A DNA stretch of 64,000 nucleotides. Source: Podarcis bocagei. Lineage: Eukaryota. Shown here piece by piece: positions 36,567-48,500 of this stretch. Location: assembly GCA_964188305.1 (NCBI GenBank), contig OZ076888.1; one strand, given 5' to 3'. How positions within the stretch are numbered: the stretch's first letter is position 1; each line of letters starts with the position of its first letter. The translations under genes were made by a program, and so were the position numbers. Below the pieces are notes generated by a model. That model saw only the letters and a list, made by a program, of their open reading frames with translations, was not told where the DNA came from and did no database searches.

Positions 36567-39500
36567 TACTGCATTCACCTTGGCTACACATTTGCCTTCC
36601 CTCCCTGGCACTCCATTCTCTTGCTCCTGACTCCTGTGATGCCTCACTTCTTCCCTGCAGGCTACTCACATTTTCTTCTGCCCAGTCTCTCAGACTAATG
36701 CCCTTTCCCTCCTACCCTCTCAGTCACTCTGCTTGCCAATCAGCTGCTGATCCAAGCCTTGGAAAATATAGAACTGAAAGAGAACCACTCTTCCAACTTC
36801 TTCCTACAACTCCATGCACTTTGAGGGGGGGGGAGCTAGCAGTCAGGGGACAGTAAGTGGGTGAAGGGGACACAGAGTCTACACCAAGAGACTTTCTTAC
36901 AGGGGTCATTGCACCCACAGGCCAACCACCCCTTTCCTTAGATGTGCAATTTCATGACACAATCTTTGGAAACCTAGTAATAGCTATACCATGTTTGGTA
37001 GACCAACATCCCACCTGCTACAGACCACTGCAGGTCAATTTTAAGAAAGTCCTGCTTAAAGCTGTTTACTCCCAAGCCTGAGAAGTTTTAAGGATTATTC
37101 ATGGAGGGCTCTTTCTCATTTGTAGCCTAAGGATTCTACCTAATAGTCACTGAAGTTTTCATAATTTCCTAAGAGGATAAAGCGATTGTGCTGGCAGTAT
37201 GTTTTCATTTTAAAAATGGTATATATGGTTGTTGTTTTTTAAAGCATAAATGAAACCCTTAACAAATTTTAAAAATGTTGTATGCACCCAGAGATTGCAT
37301 TGTAGAGGTGCAGAGACCAGTTGTCCTGCCCCCCCCCTTAAGAGTGCAAGGAAACCTAACAGAAAATGTCACTTGTGTTCATCTTGCCATCTTCCTTCCT
37401 CTCATGTTTCAGAACAATATGAAGGTTTATGACATCATGACTAGGGATTCTGTTGAGGCAGATTTCCTCTTGCACATAAATCAGACACCTACATGTCTCA
37501 GGGTTCACAGTAGCACAAAAAGCACCCCTATTCCTGTGTCACAGTAGGTGAGCTCCATAAGCCTCAGCAAAACTAGAACCACCATTCAGCTAGGATGCTA
37601 AAGGAGCCTATTTCCCGCAAGACACAGCAAGACTGAAATACTCACTTGCTACATTGGAAGACAGAGACAGCCCGGTCTCAGCATGGTATGGATGCACAGC
37701 AATCTGTGTCATGGATGGGACAGGCACTCCCGGGAAGGACACTGCTGTAGCTGCCAAAGACGGGGTAGTGACCGAGTATGGGTACTGTGCTCCAATGAAC
37801 GCTGGGTGGACACCCTGCAAAGGAAGAGGACAGGGTAACCCTGCCTTGCGCCCAAAACACAAGGCAGGGTTTTTCAGGAGGGGCCTCCAAGCAACCCAAC
37901 TATCTAGTACTGAGAACTCCATTTCCAACCCAACTCCTGAAAGCCTAGAACCCACACCATGCTCATTGGGCCCTTCTAAGCAAAGGAGGAGAACTGTGAC
38001 GGGAGACAAAATAGCCACTATGCCTATCTTAGGCATTCTCCCCACCCCCATAAACTAGCATGAGAAAATGTGAGATTTATCAGTAAATACTAACAATTTG
38101 TAAATTAGTACAAATTTAATAATTCTGACACAAACAGGGAGAGCAACAATGAGATATATATCCACAAAAAATGCATCTTTATACAAAGATTCAGACTTTT
38201 GGTCCCTCTAACCCATTACTGCCCCTAACTAGAAGTGACTCTAAGGGCTTGGACAGGGGCTTTTTCCAGCTTCCATTTGCATGCACAGGGTCCCAAGTTT
38301 CGTCCTTGGCACATCCTAGTGCTGTGCTTTCACCCTTTTCGTTATGGTCCCACACTGAAACCAGCAAAACTAAATAATCCGGCTTGCCATCCTTCTATTC
38401 ACCTAAGCCACAACGCTAGGGAGGACAGAAAAAGATGTTCCCCCCGAGATGCTTACCCTACAAAAGATAACTTACTTGGGGATAAGCTGAGCCAGGAACA
38501 GGAAAGACCGCCGGGCGTGGCATGTGCTGGATAGGGTGCCCGATATACTGAGGATTGCAAGGGATGTGGGTCTGGAGTGTTGTATAAGGGTGCAGACCCT
38601 GGGTGTGCGCATGTGCCATTGCTGGCCCTGCCATGGTGTGCTGCTGGTAGATTGTCGACCCCACCGAAATTACGGGCACCACCGTTGCTGCTGCTGTCAC
38701 CGCAGCCGCGACAGTCACTGTGGTGGGTTCTGACGTCACTCTGGTATCTGCCAGTCCACGCACCGCTTCGCAGGATGCCCGGGCTCCACTTGCACTGCAG
38801 CCTGTGGCTCCCTCTCTCTGAGCAAGAGTTCCACCAACAGTTTGTTCATACAACCAGTACCACTGGTGAGCAACTTCAAACAGGACTTCAGGGTAAACAC
38901 CACCTCCTTTGGCTGCCTCCTCTACTGCCAAGCATGCCTTCTCCAGCATTAGATTATCCTGTAATATTAGGAAAGGTACTGCTGATTTAAGGTGTTTACA
39001 ATTAAAGTGTAATTGCAATCAAGCTAATAGCTCTGAACCAAACAGTCAACCTTATAGAATTCTACCTAAAGAGCTTGGTAAAATAAAATAAAGACTCTGC
39101 CTGGGACAAAAACGGCATTAAGACAGGCGTCAGCCAACCCTGTCTGGAAAGAGCATTCCACAAGTGTGATGCCACATCACAGGGCTTTTTCGGCTGTGGC
39201 TCCGATCTGGTGGAACACTCTGTCACAAGAGACTAGGGCCCTGCGGGACTTGACATCTTTTCGCAGGGCCTGCAAGACAGAGCTGTTCCACCAGGCCTTT
39301 GGCCAGGGCACAGCCTGACTCCCTCCTGCGGCAATCTTCGCGGAGCTCTGGCCCAATGGTTGCCATTGGCCTGAGTTCAATTAATTTTATAATGAATGAT
39401 TTTAGAGTGTTGTGCTGTACTGTTTTATTGTTGTTAACCGCCCTGAGCCCGGCTTCGGCTGGGGAGGGCGGGATATAAATAAAAAATTATTTTATTAATA

Positions 39501-42500
39501 TTAATTATTATTATTATTATTATCAAGAAGGGTCCCTCTTTGATAGCCACCCACATCTCTCCAGATGGCATCTGCAGGAGCATGGGTGTCTGCAGGGAGG
39601 AGTCATATTTCTTGGATCTCCAGCTTTTATTTAAAAACAAAACCCTCCAGCACTTGCAGATCCCAAGTTATAAGGCAGAATGTGCATGAACTCTCCTGTG
39701 GGAAACTAACTTGCTCCTGCCTTTCAGTGTTTTTAGCCAATGAAAGCAATGAGTGTCACAGCTGTCTGATATTTAAGAAAGCAGACCTAACCAAGCAGAC
39801 AAATAGAAGGGTAGAATGACATGTCCCATATATGTCTATATAGAAAGATCTGGTTCCTTTTTAAGTCTTTCCTGCTGGCCTTCAGGTATCTGGGATTTCA
39901 CTGTAACTGTGAGTTGGTAAAAGGTAAACAGGAGCAAAAAATAACAGCAAAGATGGAGGTTCATTTTTTTTATCTCTAATCTTATTTCAAAGAAACAAAA
40001 AACCCCAAAAAACAGTGATTTCACCCCTGAGTTTGTAAACATTTTTTTTTAAAAAAAATCCCTGCCGGTGTCTATGCAGATAAAATCTATCATTATTATA
40101 CCCACGTGGCTAAGAGTGTGTTATTTATTTATTTGATTTAGTACAAAACATCACTAGATGGCTGACATACCAGCCCTGCAAGGTAACCCAATTATACCCA
40201 TCTTGTTGGCATGTGAGTGTGTGAATGACAACCTTAAAGTGTAACCTAGTGTTTTATCCTAGAATGGGGATTTTTTTTTGGGGGGGGGAATGTGGTGTGT
40301 GAAGTTGATTGTGGAAGCAGTGCAATTAATGGCTGAAGTGGGTGCAGAGAGCCAATTGAAAGGACTGAGGTTTTTAGGTGTGAGTGGCAGTGGCAGTGTA
40401 TGTCATCTGGGTGCCAAGTCAATAAGTCAATGAACAGCATGAAAAGCAACAGAGGGGTAAGACCTGTTCTGCTAATTTCTAAGAGGCCAGGTCTCTCCAG
40501 GTCTCATCACCATTCAGTCAGCAGACATACCAGAAATGGAAAACTAGCTCCCTGGTGCTAGTTATTTATATATGTATATCAATGTATTAGGAATATGCAC
40601 TTTTCACCCTCCCCGAGAAAAATCCCTGCAGATGCCTATGCACAGGAGGCTGTTACAATAGCTAGGTGCATATGGCTGCATTATAAAGCAGAAAGACCTA
40701 TATTGAAGTGTAAGGTCCATATTTCATTAACGGACAAATTCTAATACAGAAAATATTGGATGAGTGTATGGAGAAAATATAAGGGCACCCATATAAAAAA
40801 TGTAGTGGATCAAAATAAATTTATTTTACTTTGGAATACCACAAAATAACTTATAGTAGTGGAAGTTATTTAAGTTGTTCCTTTGGAGCTTTTGGAGATA
40901 AATTCCTGACTTTAAAAATCTAAAACATTTATCTCTCTAGCATTTTGGGGGTCCAGTTTTTTTATATAATTTTTTTAAAGACCTCAGACAAAGCTAAATG
41001 CAAACACTAAAAGACTGCAACACTAAATGCAAAAAAGAAGGAACAGACAAACCCAATTGCACCTGACAGCATCAACAGAGACCTCTGAACTGCTCACCTG
41101 CTCCTTGCACTGGACCAAGGCTCTCTGGATCTCGTTTGGGTTCAAGGCGTGGGCGTGTGGCAAGCAGCTCAATGCCAGCTCAGCGGCTGCTCGCACCATG
41201 TTGGAATCCCTAGCTCTGGAAGCCCTGTCAGCCAGGGACGCTACCTCCGGAGGGGTCAGGTGCCCATCCCAGCACTCCACCAGGATGTTCAAGGCTGCAC
41301 TGCCAATCTCCATGGCTTGCCCTAGAAACCAGAGAAAAGAGGATGCACAACAAAGTATTCAGGTGCCTACAAGACTCAATACACGCATTTTGGCATAGGC
41401 TTTCATGGATGAGAGTGCAATATCCTGAATTGGCAGGTACACACATGGAGGTGGGGGTTGTAAGCACTACGGCTAGAGAGAAATGCAATGCCATAAACGC
41501 AGGCTGCAACAAATAAATTAAAGCTTAGATGTATATTAAGGTCACTACAGCAAGCACTCAAAAAGCAGTGCTGGTAATATAAATATCCTGGCACTGGTAA
41601 GCTAACCAAAAGAGACCCTTTCAGCAATAAACTCCTTATATAAAGGAGCCTCAATAGTCTGTAGGTGACTTCTGTTCTCCAGTTGTCAGAAGTCTGCCTC
41701 TGCAAAAAGAAAAACCCATTTGCAGTAGTGCAAGTGGTTCTACCTGAGCTCCCTTCTATGTTAGTTTTTCCCATCTATGATGCTTACCTTTATGCTACTA
41801 GTGGAAAAGCAAGCACTCTGCTAGATTTGAGTTTTGTAAGCTCTGTAAACAGAGTGAAACACAGATCTTAACACTATTAATAGGGGCAAATATTTATTTA
41901 TGATGTGCAAAGTAAGTTACAATCTTTACCTTGTTTGCCTTTGCAGCTTCCCAGGTTCCCAACTTCATCAAATTTCCAAGTTTGCAACTGGGAAACTGAA
42001 AATGCGACTTGCCCAGACCATTGCTGGGATCTGAACTCAAAGGTCTCCCAAGTACTCAGCCAAACATCTGTCTACTGAACCGTGGACTCTGAATGTGGTG
42101 CCCCATAGGTGCAATGGCACCAGTGATCACCTCTCCAAACACCCATGAAAGCTTTTCCCCCACTGCTCCCCTTCACCAGGAGTTGTCTTTTTCCTCCTGT
42201 TTGCAGTGATCTGAAGAGATCTGAGAGAGGAAGTGGGTGAAGCATTGCTCCTTTCTACTTCCTCTTACAAATTCTCTTGCTCGCGAGGCTGATCTTGCCA
42301 CCCAAGCAAAAAGCAGAGCAACACTGGAGGGAAGACAGGAAAGCATTTTGAAAGGAAAAAGGAAACGACAAGATACTGGGCTGCTTCCCAGAGGCCACAG
42401 CAGACATTTTGTGACTGGCAAAGCTCTCCATGTCAGCAATTTTGTGGTGGCACCTACCACCATTTGTGGAAACTCCATATGTATCTCTGGGCACAGAAAG

Positions 42501-45500
42501 GTTGGAAGCTCCTGTGCTGTACCATCAAGGCTTCTAAACTCATATTTCATTCTTACCTAGTTAAAGCCACATATGGACTTCTCTTGAGTGCTTATAACAA
42601 GTACAAAGATTGTAAGCTATTTTACACTTGGACACACTAGGGATCATGCTCCTATGTACAAAGACCCCCTTTCGAAATGCCGACAAGGGGAACAAAAGCA
42701 GGGAAGAGGAAGGGTGAAGGCAACACAATATAGTGATGTAACAGAAACCCGTATCCTTGTGAGATTAAGCACTTTCTATATATATAAAAAAGTCAAGACA
42801 AAGTTAAACCTAAAAGAAAGTTGATGCATCCAAATTCAGAAAAGCCAGAATTAAATTGCCTTTTACTCCTGAGTTTCTTGGGATGGCTCTGGGCAAGCTG
42901 CATGTCTCTCCCTGGCTAATTAACCCCACAGCAGATAAAATAATACATTTATATATAAAATCTACGAGTTTTGTAGTAGCGCTTGGAAACTTCCTTTCAT
43001 GTTAGTGTCAAAAAGCAAAGGACACCGAAGACATTTGCTAAAGGGCTACAGATGCAACTCTTTTGAACAGAAGGTGGAGAACCTCCAGCTCACTGGCCAA
43101 ATTAGGTCTCGCATATAGATCCCAATTTGCCCCACAAGGCCATTTCCCCCAAAAACCCATGTTCACCTGCACCACACCTGACAGCATCAGTGATGTCAGT
43201 TGTGGGGAAGTTAGAGACACAACTGCAAACTGACTGGCTTAAAGTGCAGTCCTCATTGTTCCTTGGCAAGCAAGGCTTGGTGTCCATCAACACCAATCAA
43301 CTGTGGCAACCTGATCCCTTCTGGCGCCATGATTCTATGGTCAAGCATTACCCAGAGGCTTCCCAATCTGTAAACTCGGCTATACAGACTGTGCTAGCAA
43401 ATTTAGCCATGAGTTCTTAAAAGGTAGTAGCTAAGTAAGGTCACCCTCTGGGGAAGGATTCCTAAAAACCAAACCTGGTTGGAGCACCCTGGTTCCTACC
43501 TGTAATCCAAGAGACGTGGGAGGAATAGGTTCGAGACAGCCAGTTGGGAGAGACAAAGTTGTGCAACCCCAGTGCATAGAGACCAATCTCGAAGGCGCAG
43601 AGGTGGAGGTTGCGATGAGGACCCTGGTGGCCGCCACTAGAGGATGGGTGGGTGAAAATGGAAGTACTGCTGTTTCCACCCGCCTTGATGAGAACTGTCT
43701 TGGCCAGCTCAAAATAGAAATGTGCAGCTGCTTCCGAGGGCTGATTTGGGACATGAGGAGCATGGCTCTCTGGACGCCTGCCCTTATACCTGAAAGGAAC
43801 AAAGTGAAATATGTATGAAGTGAACTTAAGACTAAACCTGCACACCCACCATAGAAAGGAAGCTCAGATAAGGCATCATATTGTGGGTTTTCCAAAAGAT
43901 AAAATGTTCAGGCTTTGCAGACTCTCCAGAGAAGAAACTCTGCAAGAACTGGGCCGCTACTGAGAATACTTCACTATTTGCTCTTGTCATATGACCCCAG
44001 TCATCAAAGGAGCACTCGTTTAATTTATAATTTCAAAATGAGTGTGGCCAAAAAAGTAATAGTAAGTTCACTTGCTGAATTTCCAGGTCTAATTCTGCCT
44101 GGCTCTCCCATTGAAACTCCCAACTTATTATTATATTACCCTTCATCCAAAGATCACAGGGCAGTTCAGAACATAAAAATACAAAATGAGAGCACAAAAT
44201 ATATAATAAAACAAAAAATGAAATGAAAACAGTAACCCCCCATCCCTCAAACACATTTAAAAGGCCATAGAATGTTAATCAGCCAAACGCCAGGTTGAAG
44301 AGGAATGTTTTCACCAGGAACCTAAGGACAGATAACAAAGGCCCCAGGTGAGCCTCCCTGGAGATCCCATCTCCCTTCATCCACCCCAAGAAAATATTGG
44401 AGGGGACCAAACCTCCCAAAGTTGGTGGGCATTGCTGCCCCCCAAAAAACTTTTTTATTCACCTTGGTCCCCCTGCACACAAAGATTATGATTGCAGGGT
44501 CTGGGTGAAAAGCCTCCTTGTGATATATTTCTAATGAAGATAGCCTTTTATTTTATTTTATTAAATATACTGCCCTTCATCCAACAATCTCATCCTTGGG
44601 AGGTCCAAATACTGAAAAGATGCACAACTTTGGAAAACAGACAGCAGCTCTTACCTGCCGACCTCTACCGTCTTTGCACGTGCTCCTCCACTAGCTCTCC
44701 TGCTTCCACTGGAGGAGGACGAGCCCAGGGAGTCGCTGGAAGAGCTACTGATGCTATCGCTGTCCTGCCCTCTGCCCCAGGAAGTGGCTGCCCATCCTCC
44801 CCGCAGAGGCCGCCTGCTGAGGGTTGGAGAACTGTCCGAGGTGGTTTCTGGAGCACTGCTGTCAATGCTGGCCATTCCTGCAACGCCACAGTCAAAGGGC
44901 ACAGCAGCAGGTGAGAAGGTCGGCAGCATACGAAACCAGAGTTTTACAACAGGGAACGTTCTTCTCCCCCCCACCCCACCCCAAAAAACAAGCTGAAACA
45001 TTTCAAGTAAGTCAGAACCTAGAGATGTAAGCTGACCAGAAAAGCTAGAGAGCTGATATACCAAAATCTCAGACTAATTCAAACTCATATGAGCCATGAA
45101 CCTACTAGGTGAGGGATACTATCTTACTTTGCAGGTGTGTTGGGGATTACTGAAAATGTGGTGGAAGTGAGTATCTTTTCAGTGAGCCAGAACAAATCTT
45201 TAAAGCTTAAACAGCCTGGGTCATGTTAAGAACTGTTCTCTCCCTTTTGTCAGCTGAGATAATCTTCAGAGGCCCTTCGCCATCCCACCTTCAGAAATTA
45301 GGCAGGTGCCTATGTTGAGAGAGGACTCTTTTTTTAAGTTGTACTTGGGCTCTGCAACTCTCCCTAAACACTCATTCACCTTTAGGCAAGAGGTGAAGAC
45401 TGACTTATTCTCATAGGCCTTGAACAGTATTTAGGTTCTTTTTACTGGTTTTAGTTTGTTCTTGGTTTGCTGCCCGCTTGCTATTATATCTTTTGTAATT

Positions 45501-48500
45501 TCTACTGTTATTTGTTTTTGATATCCACCGTTTTTATATGGGTTTGCTTTCAAGCTGCCGTGGGGACACGTTACTTAAATCCACTTAATATTTAAATCTC
45601 CTAATATTTAAAAATCTGTAAGAAGAATACACAAAAGCAACACTAAAACTATGAAGCAGTATAATTAAAAAAACAGTAAAGCAGCATGTTGGGTCAGGAA
45701 AAGCATGGATAAAAAGAAATGTCTTCACAAGGTGTCTGAAACAACTAACGGATGATGCTTCATGTATGGCTGAGGGAAGGGAATTCCACAGTGAGGAGGC
45801 AATAGCAGAAAATGCCCATTTTCAGGCCACAAGTAAAATTTCCTCAGATTATCTAAGTGAACTTATAGCAGCATGCTGAATTGGTCCTGCTTCACTCTGC
45901 CCTTCCTTGAATTTGGAGCAACAGATCATTGCCTTGGCTTATTGCAATATACCAGGGATGTCCGATCTACTGGTCGATCCCTTGCCCTCCATTGTTGGAG
46001 AACAGAAGATGGAGTTTACAAACCGAGGCTATTTTTCCCTCTGCAATCCTTCTTTGACCCCAAAATAATGTAAAAACATTTCGCACCCCCTCCCAAGGCT
46101 AAGCAAATTATGCCTCCCGAACCCCCTAAAATGGGGCTTTTCCCCTCCCCAATAAAAAGCTTTGACCTGAACCCCAATAAAACGGGGGTAGATCACTGCC
46201 AGTTTTTAATTCTGTGAGTAGACCGCAGTCTTTTGGAAGCTGGCCACCCCTGCAATATATGAAGCGACACTCATAGTTTATTCCTCCCAAACAAACCATG
46301 ATCAGTAAGAGAAGAACAAACTTTGGCTTGTCATCATGGTTTGTTTAGAGAGAAACAAACCAAAAGTGCTGGTTTACAGTCAAAGTAAGCCATTGTTTAT
46401 GCGTTGGCTGAATGATGCAAACATCTGTCAAATCCAGCATTACGTTTCAAGCAGCGGTCAGCCAGATGCCTCTGGTCACAAGGAGGAAATAAAAAGCAAC
46501 AGGCATCTGCTGCTTTATTCTCACCAAAAAGTGAGGTGTTCAGGTGGGGGAGTAGGGCTTAACAAAGCCTATGTAGTTAAATGGAATCTTCTCTTTCAAA
46601 AGCGAGTCTATGCCTGAATACCATTTGTACTGTGTGCAGTTCTGGGTGCCACATTTTAAGAAGAGTCTAGGCAAACTGCAACTGGTGCAGGGGAAGGCAG
46701 CAAGAATGGTGAGCAGCATGGAAAACAGGTTCTATGAGGAAAGGTTGAAAAACTGGGTGCGCTTAGCCTGGCGAAGAGACGCCTGAGTGGGGACCATGAT
46801 AGCACTCTCCAAATACACAGGAGAGGGCTATGACTAGATCTACTGGACTTAAGCGAGAGGAAGGTAGATGATGAAAAACTTCTTGATAGTTCAAGCAGTT
46901 CAAGAACAGAACCAGTTGCTGGGAAGGGGGTGGGAGAGAGCTATAATTCCCTGAGAGTCTTTAAGCAAAGGCGAGGATGCTCTAGCTCAGGATTTACGGT
47001 ATCGAGGAGAGAGTTGGCCTAAAGGGCCACTTTCAACTCTTATGTTCAGGTATATCCTGCCTCTGAATCTGCAGTTTCCATTTAAACATCGTGTCTAATA
47101 TTCTTAGGGAAAGTCTCTCACAAAGGCTTTGTTTAACCCCCTCTTAAAAGCTATCTAAACCAGAGGGCATCTTTTAGCTCTATTCTGCATTATATAATGT
47201 ATACTTGATTTTGGCAGTCCTAAACTTACTTAAAATCATCTTCAAGGAATATGCCCAAGTTCTAGTGTTGAAAGAAGTCTACCTTCCACTTCCAGCCACT
47301 CATCATTTTATAAAACACTGTCACATCCCAACTACTTCCCCATCCCACCTAAAAGACCGCCAACTTGTATCCTTTCTACATAGTAAAGAGTAGTAATGTG
47401 GTTGCCTCTAACTTTCAGTTACCTATTTTTGTTTTGATGGGGTGACCAGAACTGTACACAGTATTCTGTATGTAGCCATGCCACATATTTATACTGGCAT
47501 TATGCTTGCTGTCCTTCACTGTTGGGAGGGGAGAAAAAAAAAGAGAGAGAGAAGCTAAATGTTTTCTGTTTCTACAGCGTAAGTCAAGATAAAAAGAAAT
47601 GTCGTCCTCTCGGTAGGAAAAATATGATTTGACAGATCTGGAAGATGTGGTTAGTGCATGCCAATAGCATCTTGAAAAAAATTAACTTCTTAGGTTAAAT
47701 ATTTTAAAAAAATTGTTTTAAAAGAATTTAACAATGGGAGAATCCACTATTTTCCACCCAATTAAAAAGAAAGAAAATAGCTTAATTATGAGTCCTGTCC
47801 ACCACTGTATACACACACCACTAATTACTTTGCAAATGTAACAGTCTTAATCCAAGCCTGCACAACTTGCAACCCAGCAAGCCAAATGCGGCCTTACATA
47901 GTGACCCACTGGGGGCTCATTAAAACTCACTTGGGAGTACAATAAGCACTTGATATACTATGATACAAGTATGGAAGCCAGGTCACAAATTATACAGGCA
48001 CATCTTCTTCTATATTAATTCAAAGTGGAGGAACTGAACCAGAGAGCTAAAAGAATAACGATAAACCTGAAACAGAATCTAAGCATTTATTTGTTTGATT
48101 ACCTCCTTTAAACAATCTGAACTGCTTTAGGTAAGCCTAGTAACCATTAAAAGCTGGTTAGAAACCCCAGCCCATGAAGCTATGGGGTAACTAATGAGAG
48201 GGCTAGGCCAACTTCACTTTGGCAGCAGTGAATTCCTCACTGAGTGTGCTGATCCACCAGGGAAGATTTGTGCTTCGGTAAGAAATACTGGAGGTGACAG
48301 TAGATTAAGATATTAACAGACAAGCAGACAGGCAAGTCATATTAATTCAATTCAAAATGAATGTGCAACAAAGAGCAAACAATTTAACATGCATGAAAGT
48401 GATTCCAGAAATGTAAAACATGCAGAATGAGACAGCAGAAAGTTATGTGCCCCCTGCTCAAAGTTACCTGTGTGCTTCTTTTTTTGTCTGACTGGGGAAC

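Noticed and set aside
36225-36856. Poly-N and poly-Y ORFs
   Set aside because: They are translations of an (ATT)n microsatellite.
47558-47586. Plus-strand tttctacag-c-gtaagt acceptor/donor pair
   Set aside because: It is antisense to the host gene and no plus-strand transcript is evident here.
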